The position numbers and the translations under genes are program-made. Below are positions 24,323 through 35,850 of a stretch of DNA of 44,781 nt, piece by piece. Location: the NCBI RefSeq assembly GCF_004010195.1, contig NC_057719.1, forward strand, positions 33,784,276-33,829,056, in the 5' to 3' direction. The notes beneath the pieces are model-generated. The model saw only the letters and a program-made list of their open reading frames with translations. It had not been told where the DNA came from and ran no database searches. This DNA is from Chiloscyllium plagiosum (taxonomy: Eukaryota). Every line of letters starts with the position of its first letter. Position 1 is the first letter of the stretch.

Positions 24323-25435
24323 TGACATTTATTGCTATCTTCCTCACTATATTATTACATTTCTGAGCTTTGTACCATTTGTAAATTTCAAACCTTACTT
24401 GCATATACCCTTACTTCCAATTCATCAGTATATATCAAAAACAATCATGGTCCTGATGCTGAACTATGTATGTCATTGATGCATTCTCTTTGAAATCTTT
24501 TGAAGTCTAACAGAAGTCCTTTGGATAGATAAAATGTATTGAAATAATACTTTTCACTAACGAAGGTATCTGAGTATTTGAGATGTTTCTTGTACCACAA
24601 CTAATTTTTTATTGACATCAAGGTGTTGATTTAGAGTCATAGAGTCATAGATGTACATTTGAAAAAGGTACATTTGGTAAACAGGAGAATGAAGCTGGAT
24701 AAATAGAAGAAGATAATGTCCCTACAGACTTTACCCATCTTGGTCACATGTGTGAAGTTATTTGATTCTGTTTTGCATTGTATGTCAAATTTTGGGATGG
24801 TAGCTACATAAATGCATCATATTGTCCAAGTGTTGTTTCAAAATTGGTTCAACTGTATTGAGCTTAGGTAATGATCCAATGATGACACCCTGTCCCCCAT
24901 CTAATTATTACCAAAGGCAACATTTCTCAAGATTTAATACATTTTGCAAAAATATCTCTTCAAAGGTACATTTCACTTCATGGCAAATTATTACATAACA
25001 AGTGTCTCAATAGGTGCTTCTATAACAAATACTATTCTGTACTTAGATTGCAGTTAATGCACCTTCCATATAAAATAACTATATTTCTAACATGGTTAGT
25101 TCTGAACACATTTGCTTTTGGTATTCATGTACTCGGCATGTATTTTATTTACTTTCTGACATTGCCTGCCAAGCATTGGAATAAAGTATCTAAGCACAGT
25201 CTATAAATAGACATAACCTGTACTTAAGTTTACCAATACTCCCTTCCAGTGCAAATACTTTAAAATGAATTGTTAGAAGCATGAGTTTTCTTGGTGATAG
25301 CTGCTTTAATTCTGCCCTTTCCATCAAGCATAAATATTGTTATGGATCATTTGAGCATTAGGTCAATTGTCAAAAAAGAATTAGAGTGTTTGCATGATGT
25401 TTACTTTAACCCAAAAACGTCAATGTGATAATGTA

Positions 25436-25635
25436 GCTGAAAATGTGTTGCTGGAAAAGCGCAGCAGGTCAGGCAGCATCCAAGGAGCAGGAGAATCGAC
25501 GTTTCGGGCATGAGCCCTTCTTCAGGAATGCTCATGCCCGAAACGTCGATTCTCCTGCTCCTTGGATGCTGCCTGACCTGCTGCACTTTTCCAGCAACAC
25601 ATTTTCAGCTCTGATCTCCAGCATCTGCAATTCTC
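25436..25635. mobile_element. Inverted PLE pLTR hairpin insertion with 15-bp TSD
   Basis: Arms ~25435-25515 and ~25530-25610. CAATGTGATAATGTA occurs at 25421-25435 and 25636-25650. Confidence 0.92.
25496..25528 (-). ncRNA. Minimal type I HHR motif, intact core
   Basis: Minus strand ttc-CTGAAGA-A-GGGC-TCAT-GCCC-GAAA-C-GTC-ga. Confidence 0.72.
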
Positions 25636-26884
25636 CAATGTGATAATGTATCAATGGTTTGAGAATTAAGTGAATATATATATTAGAAATGCTTTGTGAT
25701 GACAGCACAGCGTGAAATGTTAAAGCATTCTGCCTATTACCCTATTTATAAACAGTCAGAGAATGGTGTAAATGACATTTATTCCTACGTTTATGTAACT
25801 TTGCAACTGATACAGCAGCAGGTATGCAAGTGAATTCATTATGCCCTGTCCTACTCTACTGCAGGTAGCCATTATGGAGGTATATCATTTCCACCTCCCC
25901 AGCAGAGAAGGCAGTATAAGAAAATGCTCAGAACTTCAACATATTACACTCCCTTCCCACTTACTGGCAAAAATGTATGTATTAAGATGTGAAATGGTAC
26001 AAGTACAGAATTTCCTAGAATATATAAATAAACCAAAATCAACATACTGAAATTTAATAGGTTAGATTGTATGTCTCTTTTTAACTGTAATCATAACCAA
26101 AATACACATATAAATAACACACCAGAGTAATGTACATGGAAACAAACATTTTTCTTCAATGTCATCAAGTATTTAACAAAAGCGTCATCATTTAACAAGA
26201 AGTATTCAAATGCACAATTTATTTCTTCTTTCTACCTATGTATTTTAAGTTAGCCAACCCCCCCACCAACTCCCCAGCTTCTTTTTTCCTTTATCTATCT
26301 CCTTCTATTTCAAATTGCTCGACTAATCTCTCTCAACATCTCTGACTGCATCAATTTTGAACTTTTATTTTGGCTGCAAATTGCACTAGGACTTTACCAT
26401 TGGAATTCCTTCCTTAGTTAATTTATTGCTACCAAAAATCCTGACCCACTTTGTTCAAATAGTGGATTTTGTAGTATTAGAAAATGTTCTGTTACTTTTT
26501 GACTGTCACTTTATTTGGGTTGTTGGATTAATTTAAAGTTTGTATTTTTATCATGTTCTCTCTTTATCAGATTTCCTCTTTGAAGAAAATGAACTACATG
26601 ATACTAATGGAGTATTCATTCAATCTTAATTCAATATATGAATGCATCCAGTCTGTTTAAAACAACTTCAATTGCATAGTGCTTATCACCACAATGGTAT
26701 TTCACAATGAGTTTGAACCAGCACGGAACTCCTCATTTTTCATGCCTGCTCACAACTCAACTTTAGTTTGCATTGTTTTCTTTTATTTTACTATGATATC
26801 AGAGTTAAGTGAACTTAGCCCTGTCCTAGGAGTATGTATGAGTTAATTTCTCATCTTTCTGTTTTTATTAAGATTTATTTTTTT

Positions 26885-27283
26885 TCTCTCTGGAGAGAAG
26901 AAGGAAGAGAGGAGACCTGATTGAAATGTACAAAATAATGAGTGGAATAGATACCATCAATAGCCAGGGACTTTTCCCCAGGGCAGGATTGACTGGTACA
27001 AGGAGTCATAGTTTGAAGATAATAGGAGGAAGGTATAAAGGAAATGTCAGAGTTAGGTTCTTTACGCCGAGAGTTGTGAATGCAAGGAATGAGTTGCCAG
27101 CTGTGATGGTGGAAGCAGAGTCATTGGGGACATTTAAGTGACTGCTAGACATGCACATGGATAGCAGTGAGTTGAGGGGTGCGTAGGTTAAGTTACTATA
27201 TTTTACAATAGAATTAGACCTCGGCACAACATTTTGGGCCAAAGGGCCTGTTCTGAGCTGTACTTTTCTATATTCTATGTTCT
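26885..27283 (+). mobile_element. CR1-like LINE 3' fragment
   Basis: GDLIEMYKIMSGID...TRSHSLK...FFTPRVVNARNELP, with tail ttctatattctatgttcta. Confidence 0.92.
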
Positions 27284-27699
27284 AACTCACAGTGGCATTC
27301 TATTACACAGATTTAAATCTTTCCTACACCAACTGTTAAACTGAACAATCTGAAGGAAACTGAGGGGTTATTCGGGAAAGGAACAAAAAAAAGTCCAGCC
27401 TGCATTGAAGAGAAAGAGAAATTACTGCCTGTCAGAAAATACTTCTGCAAAGATCTGTTAACAAACCTTTGCAGCAGTATTCAGTGGTAAGTGGTAATAT
27501 TATAGTGTTCTTACAGTGACTCTGCTCTTAATTATAAATATTTCAAACTCTTCTGATGTAAACTACTTGCTGTAACTTATGACTAAAACAAGGTACTCTT
27601 TCCCTTCCAAATTAAAGAATTTGACATCGAGTCATTTCCACTGCTTCCTCGTATTTATTTGTAAATTGAAAGGAATCCTGGCTTGATTATTTCTCATTC

Positions 27700-29020
27700 T
27701 GAGACACGCTTCATAACTGCTCACCAACACATTAAATTCTCTACCTAGGTTTGAATATAAAGAAAGTTTCTTGTTACTACTTTCATACAGACTATCTCTT
27801 TGCGTTCATGTCGAAATTTCTCGAACAATCTTCCTCTAAATCTAGTTGGAGTAATGACCCTTAAACCTCATAAGAGACTCTTTAAGATATACTCAGGTTA
27901 TTTTTACATTTGCAATACTCTTGCAGTTTTGCATTGTTATACTCCAAGGCTATACTTAGCATCATATCCTTGTGAGTTTTTTTTTTTACTAATTTCTCTG
28001 ATAGACATTGTCATGTGATTCATATATAGAAAGTAATTTTCAGGTAAAGCTGTGGCTAAAAATAAATTGATCTCAACAGGAAATTTTAAGAGAATACCAA
28101 TAATTGTATGATCCACTGATTTCTTGTATTTAATCTTGTACTGATAAGCCATCAAAATCAGTGTCAACCTCTGAACATCTCCTGCTCCGAGGGATGGTAT
28201 TCTTTGGAAGGCAAGGTTAGACCACTTTGTGTACTACTGTGAATAATTCTCCCCTGTATCATCTACAGAGAATTCCTTCCATCAATGATACTTTCTTCCC
28301 TTTTACTACTCTGAACAGCAAGTAATAGGATGCAATATTGCAATCCACTTTAGTACAAACTCACCCAAAAAACTGTTAGTAGAGTCAGTTTTACACTGGT
28401 TTTACAATAATGGACATTTGTACTCTCTGATATTATGGACTCAGCTGCAGCTGTTTCAATGATAGAAATAAGTTATGAATCTCAGATTTTCCTGTGGACT
28501 GTGGATGATGAACTTTCACCATGGGCCCTAATATCCTCATTTTCTACGTGGTAATTGGTTTTTCTCCCTGACCTACGACAGATCTCTAGATATTCCTGCT
28601 CAATGACATTAACCTCTATTTCCACACCTACCATATGCACCTTCAAAAATTTATAGGCTCCTAAACTAGCTTTAGATCTTCAACAACATTAACCCTGGTA
28701 CATGGCTGAAGCTTGGAGCAGTGCTATTTCCTCTGCTCCACAACCTGGAGAGGACCAACTTTCCTGTAGACATTGTGCTTTGATTGGAAACAGACGATGG
28801 TGATCTAAATGGAAAAATCTAATTTCCTGACACTCAGGTAGTGAACTTGGCAAGCCTGGCCTAGATCATGCTGAAGTCTACTGAAACTCCCTGCTGGTCC
28901 CAAAAATGAACTTCCTTGTAGGCCAAAACTATTTCTTTCTGCCATTTCCATAGCTGTGCACATATCTTAGACCACTTCAATGTCTGCTTATTGTGTTTCT
29001 TCAAAAACTTGACCAATATT
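27700..29020 (-). mobile_element. Highly decayed Ty3/Gypsy LTR retrotransposon remnant (gag and RNase H-linker pieces)
   Basis: QRLTLILMAYQYKIKYKKSVDH...LLKFPV resembles the Gypsy RNase H C-terminus (QRWALxLxAYxYxIxYRK...ADALSRLP). TAMEMAERN near 28935-28960 resembles Gypsy gag. Confidence 0.65.
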
Positions 29021-29027
29021 TTATTGT

Positions 29028-29534
29028 GGAGGAGAAAGTGAGGACTCCAGATGCTGGAGATCAGAGCTGAAAATGTGTTGCTAGAAAAGTGCAGCAGGTC
29101 AGGCAGCATCCAAGGAGCAGGAGAATCGACGTTTCAGGCATAAGCCCTTCTTGTGGTTGGAAGGTTCCACAAGGGATGAACTCAGATTTCTCCAGTTTCC
29201 TCATTTCCCCTCCCCCCACCTTGTCTCAGTCAAATCCCTCGAACTCAGCACCGCCTTCCTAATCTGCAATCTTCTTCCTGACCTCTCTGCCCCCATCCAC
29301 TCCGGCCTATCACCCTCACCTTGACCTCCTTACACCTATCGCATTTCCAACGCCATTCCCCCAAGTCCCTCCTCTCTACCTTTTATCTTAGCCTGGTGGG
29401 CATACTTTCCTCATTCCTGAAGAAGGGCTTATGCCCGAAACATCGATTCTCCTGCTCCTTGGATGCTGCCTGACTTTTCCAGCAACACATTTTCAGCTCT
29501 GATCTCCAGCATCTGCAGTCCTCACTTTCTCCTC
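29028..29534. mobile_element. Inverted PLE pLTR pair
   Basis: 29028-29152 is a near reverse complement of ~29420-29534. The plus-strand pLTR runs ~29175-29534. Confidence 0.9.
29414..29446 (+). ncRNA. Minimal HHR motif (AUC variant)
   Basis: ttc-CTGAAGA-A-GGGC-TTAT-GCCC-GAAA-C-ATC-ga. Confidence 0.66.
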
Positions 29535-29604
29535 AATGGTTATGCACTACCCCAAAAGTGCCACCATTACAGTGAAGAAAAAAAATCCTTTTTCTCTGTT
29601 TTAT

Positions 29605-29955
29605 TTAGATTAGATTACATTACAGTGTGGAAACAGGTCCTTCGGCCCAACAAGTCCACACCGACCCGCCGAAGCGCAATCCACCCATACCCCTGCATTT
29701 ACCCCTTACCTAACACTACGGGCAATTTAGCATGGCCAATTCACCTTACCTGCACATCTTTGGACAGTGGGAGGAAACCGGATCACCCGGAGGAAACCCA
29801 CGCAGACACGGGGAGAACGCGCAAATTCCACACAGTCAGTCGCCTGAGGCGGGAACTGAACCCGGGTCTCAGGCGCTGTGAGGCAGCAGTGCTAACCACT
29901 GTGCCACCGTGCCACCCACTGCCACTGTGCTGCCCACTGCCACCGTGCCGCCCAC
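29605..29955 (-). mobile_element. Full-length HE1-like tRNA-derived V-SINE
   Basis: Minus strand has A box tggcacagtgg, B-box-like ggttcagttcc, V-domain gttctccccgtgtctgcgtgggtttcctccggg and a (tctaa)n tail. Confidence 0.92.
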
Positions 29956-30214
29956 TTTCAAACTTTATTGATACTTTATTGATACTTACACTCATTCTCT
30001 TTGTTAGGATTGAATTCCCCCATTTCCCATATCGCTGTAGCTATTGTAATGAAGCCAGTCAGCTGGATGTCATAGAATATGAATTCACTGATTTGTTCTG
30101 TATATCTGGTCCAATCAGAAAGCCCTGGCTGACATAAAAAAGGTTGCATGTCGGAGATACTGACACTCTGGTGCCTGACTGTGTATGGGGCAGTACTATA
30201 GTCAAAGCCTTGGA

Positions 30215-30895
30215 GTTCAGGTTCATTGTTCCTAAAAGTGGAGTCGCAGGTAGATAGGATAGTGAAGGAGGCATTTGGTATGCTTTCCTTTATTGGTCAG
30301 AGCATCGAGTACAGGAGTCAGGACATTGTGTTATAGCTGTACAGGACATTGGTTAGGCCACTTTTGGAATATTGTGTGCAATTTTGGTCTCCTTCCTATT
30401 GGAAGGATGTTGTGAAACTTGAAAGGGTTCAGAAAAGATTTACAAGGATGTTGCCAGAGTTGGAGAGTTTGAGCTATAGTGAGAGGCTGAATAGACTGGG
30501 GCTTTTTTCCCTGGAGCGTCGGAGTTTAGGGATTAAGCTTATCGAGATTTATAAAATCATGAGGGGCATAGATAGGGTAAATAGACAAGGTCTGTTCCCT
30601 GGGGTGGGGGAGTCCAGAACTAGAGGGCATAGGTTTAGCGTGAGAGGGGAAAGATATAGAAGGGACCTAAGGTGTGGCTTTTTCACACAGAGGATGGTGC
30701 GTGTATGGAATGAGCTGCTAGAGAATGTGCTGGAGGCTGGTACAATTACAACATTTAAAAGGCTGCTGGATGGGTATATGAATAAGAAGGATTTAGAGGA
30801 ATATGGGACTAGATTAATTTGGGATACCTGGTTGGCATGGACAAGTTGGACTGAAGGATCTGTTTCCGTGCTGTACATCTCTATGACTCTGTGAC
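30215..30895 (+). mobile_element. CR1/HER1-like LINE 3' fragment
   Basis: ORF 30349-30894 reads VRPLLEYCVQFWSP...LERVQKRFTRM...RTRGH. Tail ctctatgactctgtga. Confidence 0.95.
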
Positions 30896-30984
30896 AGTTC
30901 TTGTGTAAATAAAGGGTGACTGAGTGATGGGATACCAGCCTGTGTTTAGTTATTTCTAGAATCATTTTTGTCCATGTTTGAACC

Positions 30985-32160
30985 AAGGCTGGAATGAAGT
31001 CAGGGGCTGAGTGGTCCTGGCAAAACCCAAACTGAACTGCTTGTTGAGCTGCTTGTTGTTAGGCAAGTGCTGCTTGACAGCACTGTTGATGACACTTCTA
31101 CTGATGATTGAGGGAAAACTAATGGAGCAGTAATTAGTATGTAAGTTAGCTCGCTGAGCTGGAAGCTTTGTTTTCAGATGTTTTGTGACTAGGTAACATC
31201 ATCAGTGAAGCACTGGTGGTATGTCCCACCTCTCTACTTATAGGTTTTGTTTCTCAAGGTGGCTGATGTTATTTCCAGTTTTTTTTTCAAGACAAGGCAG
31301 ATGGGATCTAAATCGATGTGCTTATTGATGGTGTTCTGGCTGGAATCCCATGTCTCTAAGAATTCTCATGCATGTCTTTGTTTTGCCTGTGCTAGGATGT
31401 GTGCGTTGTCCCAGTCAAAGTGGTGTCCTTTTTTGTCTGTCTGTATGGAAACAAGTGATAGTGGGTCATGTCTTTTGGTGGCTAGTTGGCATTCATGTAT
31501 CCTGGTGGCAAGTTTCCTGCTTGTTTGTCCGATGTAGTGTTTTTCACAGTTCTTACATGATATCTTGTAAATGACGTTAGTTTTGCTGCTGCTGTTGTTA
31601 GTCCATGGTGCCTCATGGAGCTCAGTCTAGAGTATTTGAGCTCTGTCTCATTTGACAGAGTGGTAGTGCCACATAGCATGATGAAAGGTATTCTCATTGT
31701 GGAAATGGAATTTTCTCTCCACAAAGACTTGTGTGGTGGTCATTCTTATCAATACTATTATGGACAGATTCATCTACAACAGGCAGAGAAAGAGGTCAAG
31801 TATGTTTTTCCTTCTTGTTGGTTCCCTCATAAGCTACTGCAGACCCAGTCTAGCAGCTATGGCTTTTAGGACATGATCAGCTCAAACTGTAGTGCTTCTG
31901 CCAAGCCACCTTTGGTGGTGGGCATAGAAATTCCCCACATAGAGTAAATTCTGCACCCTTACCACCCTCTGTGCTTTCTCCAAATGTTATTCAACACGGA
32001 GAAGGATTGATTCATTAGCCAAAGGAGAACAACACATGTTAATCAGCATGAGGTTTCCTTACCCATATTTGACCTGATGACATGAGATTTCATCTTGACG
32101 GGAGTCACTGTTTGCAGGCTCCCAGGGCAACACCTTCCCAACTGTATACCGCTGTGCCTG
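30985..32160 (-). mobile_element. Second CR1-clade LINE family (endonuclease/RT pieces), interrupted by a PLE at 31140-31595
   Basis: 30985-31110 is the reverse of the QFGFRQGHSAP / KQHLL segment seen at ~34080-34150. ~31850-32160 resembles a decayed endonuclease region. Confidence 0.65.
31140..31595 (-). mobile_element. PLE GIY-YIG plus pLTR (same family as 4308/6375), with decayed HHR at 31172-31209
   Basis: Minus strand SKTNVIYKISCKNCEKHYIGQTSRKLATRIHE, and TTCA-CTGATGA-T-GTTAC-CTA-GTCAC-AAAA-C-ATC-TGAA. Confidence 0.85.
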
Positions 32161-33059
32161 CCAAACTTTGAAATTACCCAAACCTGCTCAAAATCAACTC
32201 TGGATGTTTCACTAAACCTGGCATAATGTCCTTCAGACTTTAACTTCTCAAAAGAAGCATTTTAGAAAAGGATTCCATTTCATCCATGTCATCCTACTTC
32301 TTTTGGTACTAACATTGTGGATCAACTCCACTACAGAGAAAATAAAAACAGGATAACAAAATTCTTAGCACCACATGCACTGCAGAAACGCTAATGAAAT
32401 TCATCCTGTCCATCTATGCACATTTCCACAGATGGTTTTTATCGCTATTTCTTCAGCAAATGATTTTGTTTTCTTTCCCATGGTTTATCAAATGTCATTT
32501 TCTCTTTCAAATCTCAATTTACCCTGATCTTCTCTTGGAAACCTTCAGCCCATCTCCTTTAGTACTGAGAGCTCAGGCACATGCTAGCCAAGACAAAGCT
32601 TAAGAATTCACCAATATGCTCAAGATAGTGCAACAATCAAATCTGTTAAGTGCACACAAGCTCAGAAAACTGACAGCATTTTTTTTTCCAGGGCTCTACC
32701 TTCTATTATCAGCTAGCAATTTTCTTACCACATGTCTTGGAATTGTCATGTTTCTGATATTATGCCCACAAGGGTTTAAATTTAAATTGTCGCTGCCTGA
32801 ATTTAGGCTGGAGCTGTGAGTGCAGTTTAATTAAGGTGAGTCACTTAGCAAACCAAATTGTGTTAAACCTCCCACAAACTTAATCCATGTTCTGAGCAGG
32901 GAACAGGGTTCCCTCAGGAAGAATGTGGGTTTTTAAAACAAATTCAGATTGGCCCATCTCTTCAAACTATAGCTAATGATATTATGAAATGATCTTCAAA
33001 ACATTGCAAGCCACAGCTGAATTGAAGGTCTGCGAGTAACGAGGTTCACTGTTACAAAT

Positions 33060-33412
33060 AGGGTAGGTTATTCTTCGGAGGGTCGGTGTGGACTTGTTGG
33101 GCCAAGTGGCCTGCTTCCACACTATAGATAATCTAACCTAAGCTAGGATGACCCTTTAGAACTGAGATGAGGAAGAATTTCTTCAGTCAGAGGGTGGTGA
33201 ATCTGTGGAACGCATTGCTACAGACAACTGTGGAGGCCAGGTCATTGACTGTATTTAAGACAGAGATAAATAGGTTTGAAATAGTAAGGGAGTCAAGGGT
33301 TACAAGGAGAAGGTAGGAAAATAGGATTGAGAAACATATTAGCTATGATCGAATGGTGGAGCAGAGTCGATGGGTCACATGGCCTAATTTGCTCCTGTAT
33401 CTTATGATCTTA
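33060..33412 (+). mobile_element. HE1-like SINE 3' end (33060-33140) followed by CR1 3' fragment (33150-33412)
   Basis: cttcggagggtcggtgtggacttgttgggcc...taatctaa, then FRTEMRKNFFSQRVVNLWN. Confidence 0.85.
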
Positions 33413-33999
33413 AGGCCTTAAAGTTATCATCCTTGAGCTGATCAACCAAGAAGACATCTTCATGAGCCCCATCAGGTTAAAGGTGATAGCCGGTTCCTAC
33501 CATCATTGGGGCCAATTATCACCACCTGAATGTGGGATCTCTGGGCAATTCCTAGCCAGCAGGTGCAGCAACAGAGCCATTAGTGAGGCAAAGACGGCAC
33601 CTATGAAGTAGGGTAAGCATGAGACATCAGTCTCCATGGCTGCCAGGATATGCCTGCTACTTGGAGTTAGATCCCTTGTGAAATACTTTTAACTGGATTC
33701 CACTGTTGCTGGTGGGTTAATGTCAAATCCTCTAGTCTACCTTTGGGAAATGAACTGGACAGCTGGAAAATTGGCAATATCCATGAAAGACACTGAAGCT
33801 GTTCAGGGAACATTGAAGGCTCAGGCATTGACAGAGAAAAATGGGATATCAAGGCCAAACCAAAGAGAGACACCCAATGTGTGTTCACTTGACGCTACAG
33901 AGGAATGCGAACCTTACCCTTGGTTGGATGTTCTACTTGCTGAGAGTTGGAAGCTGGATAGATTCTGGGAAGACTGGAAACAAAAAGTAGAACAAATCC

Positions 34000-34865
34000 A
34001 ATCTGGCCAATTACTGCCCAATCTGTCTACTCTCGATCATCAGTAAAGTGATGGAAGGCGTCAAAAATAGTGTTATCAAGCAGCACCTGCTCAGCAGTTA
34101 CCTGCTCAGTGATGTCCAGTTTGGATTCCTCCAGGGCCACTCAGCTCCTCTCCACATTACAGCCTTCTTCCAACATGGAGAAAAGAGTTGAATTCTAGAC
34201 AGTAGGTGCAGGAGTAGGCCATTCTGCCCTTTGAGCCTGCACCACCATTCAATATGATCATGGCTGATCATTCTTAATCAGTATCCTGTTCCCTGCCTTA
34301 TCTCCATAACCCTTGATTCCACAGTCTTTGACATGAAAGCCACATTTGACTGAGACCCGTTGTAAAACTAATTAATGCTATCAGGGCAAAATCTCTGCTG
34401 GTTGGAGTTTAGATTAGATTCTCTACATCGTGGAAACAGGCATTTCGGCCCAACAAGTCCACACTGCCCCTCCGAAGAGAAACCCACTCCTCTACCCTAT
34501 ATTTACCCCTGACTAACATATCTAACACTGTGGGCAATTCACCTCACCTGCACATCTTTGGATTGTGGGAGGTAAACCACACAGAGACAGGGAGAATGTG
34601 TAAACTCCACACAGACAGGTGAGAATCGAGCCCAAGTGCTGTGAGGTAGCAGTGCTAACCACTGAGCCACCGTGCCATTATACGTGGCACTTAGGAAGAC
34701 GGTTATGATTGTTGGAGCTCAGTCACCTCAGCTCCAGGACATCTCTGCAGGAGTTCCCCATGGTAGAGTCCTAGGCCCAACCATCTTCAGCTGTTTTATT
34801 AATGATCTTCCCTCTATCATAAGGTCAGAAGTGGGGATGTTCACCAATGATTGCACAATATTCAA
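34000..34865 (+). mobile_element. Second CR1-clade LINE RT fragment with nested CR1 3' end (34200-34322, minus) and HE1-like SINE (34410-34677, minus)
   Basis: ANYCPICLLSIISKVMEGV...QFGFLQGHSAP and ISAGVPHGRVLGPTIFSCFINDLP...MFTNDCT. Confidence 0.85.
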
Positions 34866-35215
34866 ATCCACTTTAGGATACTCTGAGATTGTTAAAAACA
34901 GGACAAAAGTGTTCTCTTTTTTTAATTGTTTTGTAGAAGAGAATACATAAATTCAGTTGTGTGACCTTTCTGAGTCCAGAACATAATCGAGTATCTGAGT
35001 TAGGGAAATGCACATTAGAAATGGAAATTATCAGAAATTCTCAGCAAGTGTGGCAGCAACTGTGAATAGCTCAATGATCTCTCATGAAAATTGGAAAATA
35101 TTAGTGGTATAACAGGTGATAAAGAAGTGCAGAGGGAAGGATAGGGATGAAGGAGAGGGATGAAGGTAAAATTCTGTAAAAGACAAGGGAGAGATAAGAC
35201 TGCAGTTTTCCAGTA

Positions 35216-35478
35216 TTAGATTCCCTACAGTGTGGAAACAGGCCATTCAGCCCAGCAAGTCCACACCAACCCTCTGGGATGCAACATTACACTATGGACA
35301 ACTTAGCATGACCAATTCACCTGACCCGCACATCTTTGGATTGTGGGAGGAAACCAGAGCACACCCACGCAGACACAGGGAGAATGTGCAAACTCCACAC
35401 AGACAGTCGCCCGAGGCTGGAATCGAACTTGGGACCCTGGTGCTATGAGGCAGCAGTGCTAACCACTGAGCCACCGTA
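35216..35478 (-). mobile_element. HE1-like V-SINE
   Basis: Minus strand A box tggctcagtgg, B box gttcgattcc and V-domain. Confidence 0.9.
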
Positions 35479-35574
35479 CCTGTTAAGTTTTGATGAGACC
35501 ATGTAAATCCTAATTGTATTCTAGAGGGATAGCTGTGTCATGGGCATCAAACCTTTGAGTAAATGAGGATTACT

Positions 35575-35850
35575 TAGAATCACAGAATCCCCATAGTGCC
35601 AATAGGGACCATTCAGCCCATCGGGTTTACACCAACCCTCCGAACAACATCCCACCCAGACCCAGCCCTGTAATCCCACAATTCCCATGGCTAATCTATC
35701 TGGCCTGCCACATCCCTGAACACTATGGGCAATTTAGCATGGTCTAACCTACCTACACATCTTCAGACTATGGCAGGAACCTGGAGCAGACACAGGAAGA
35801 ATGTGCAAACTCCACACAGGCAGTCACCCAGGGCTGGAATTGAACCCAGA
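35575..35850 (-). mobile_element. Older HE1-like SINE
   Basis: gcaaactccacacaggcagtcacccagggctggaattgaaccc and gggcaatttagcatgg. Confidence 0.8.

Noticed and set aside
24631..24656. tagagtcatagagtcatagatgtaca
   Set aside because: Only an extremely truncated CR1 3' tail; too short to be informative.
29840..29915. tRNA-like sequence with A and B boxes
   Set aside because: It is the head of a SINE, not a tRNA gene.
29463..30137. 224-aa ORF
   Set aside because: It is made of the pLTR end plus the antisense SINE and has no protein motif.
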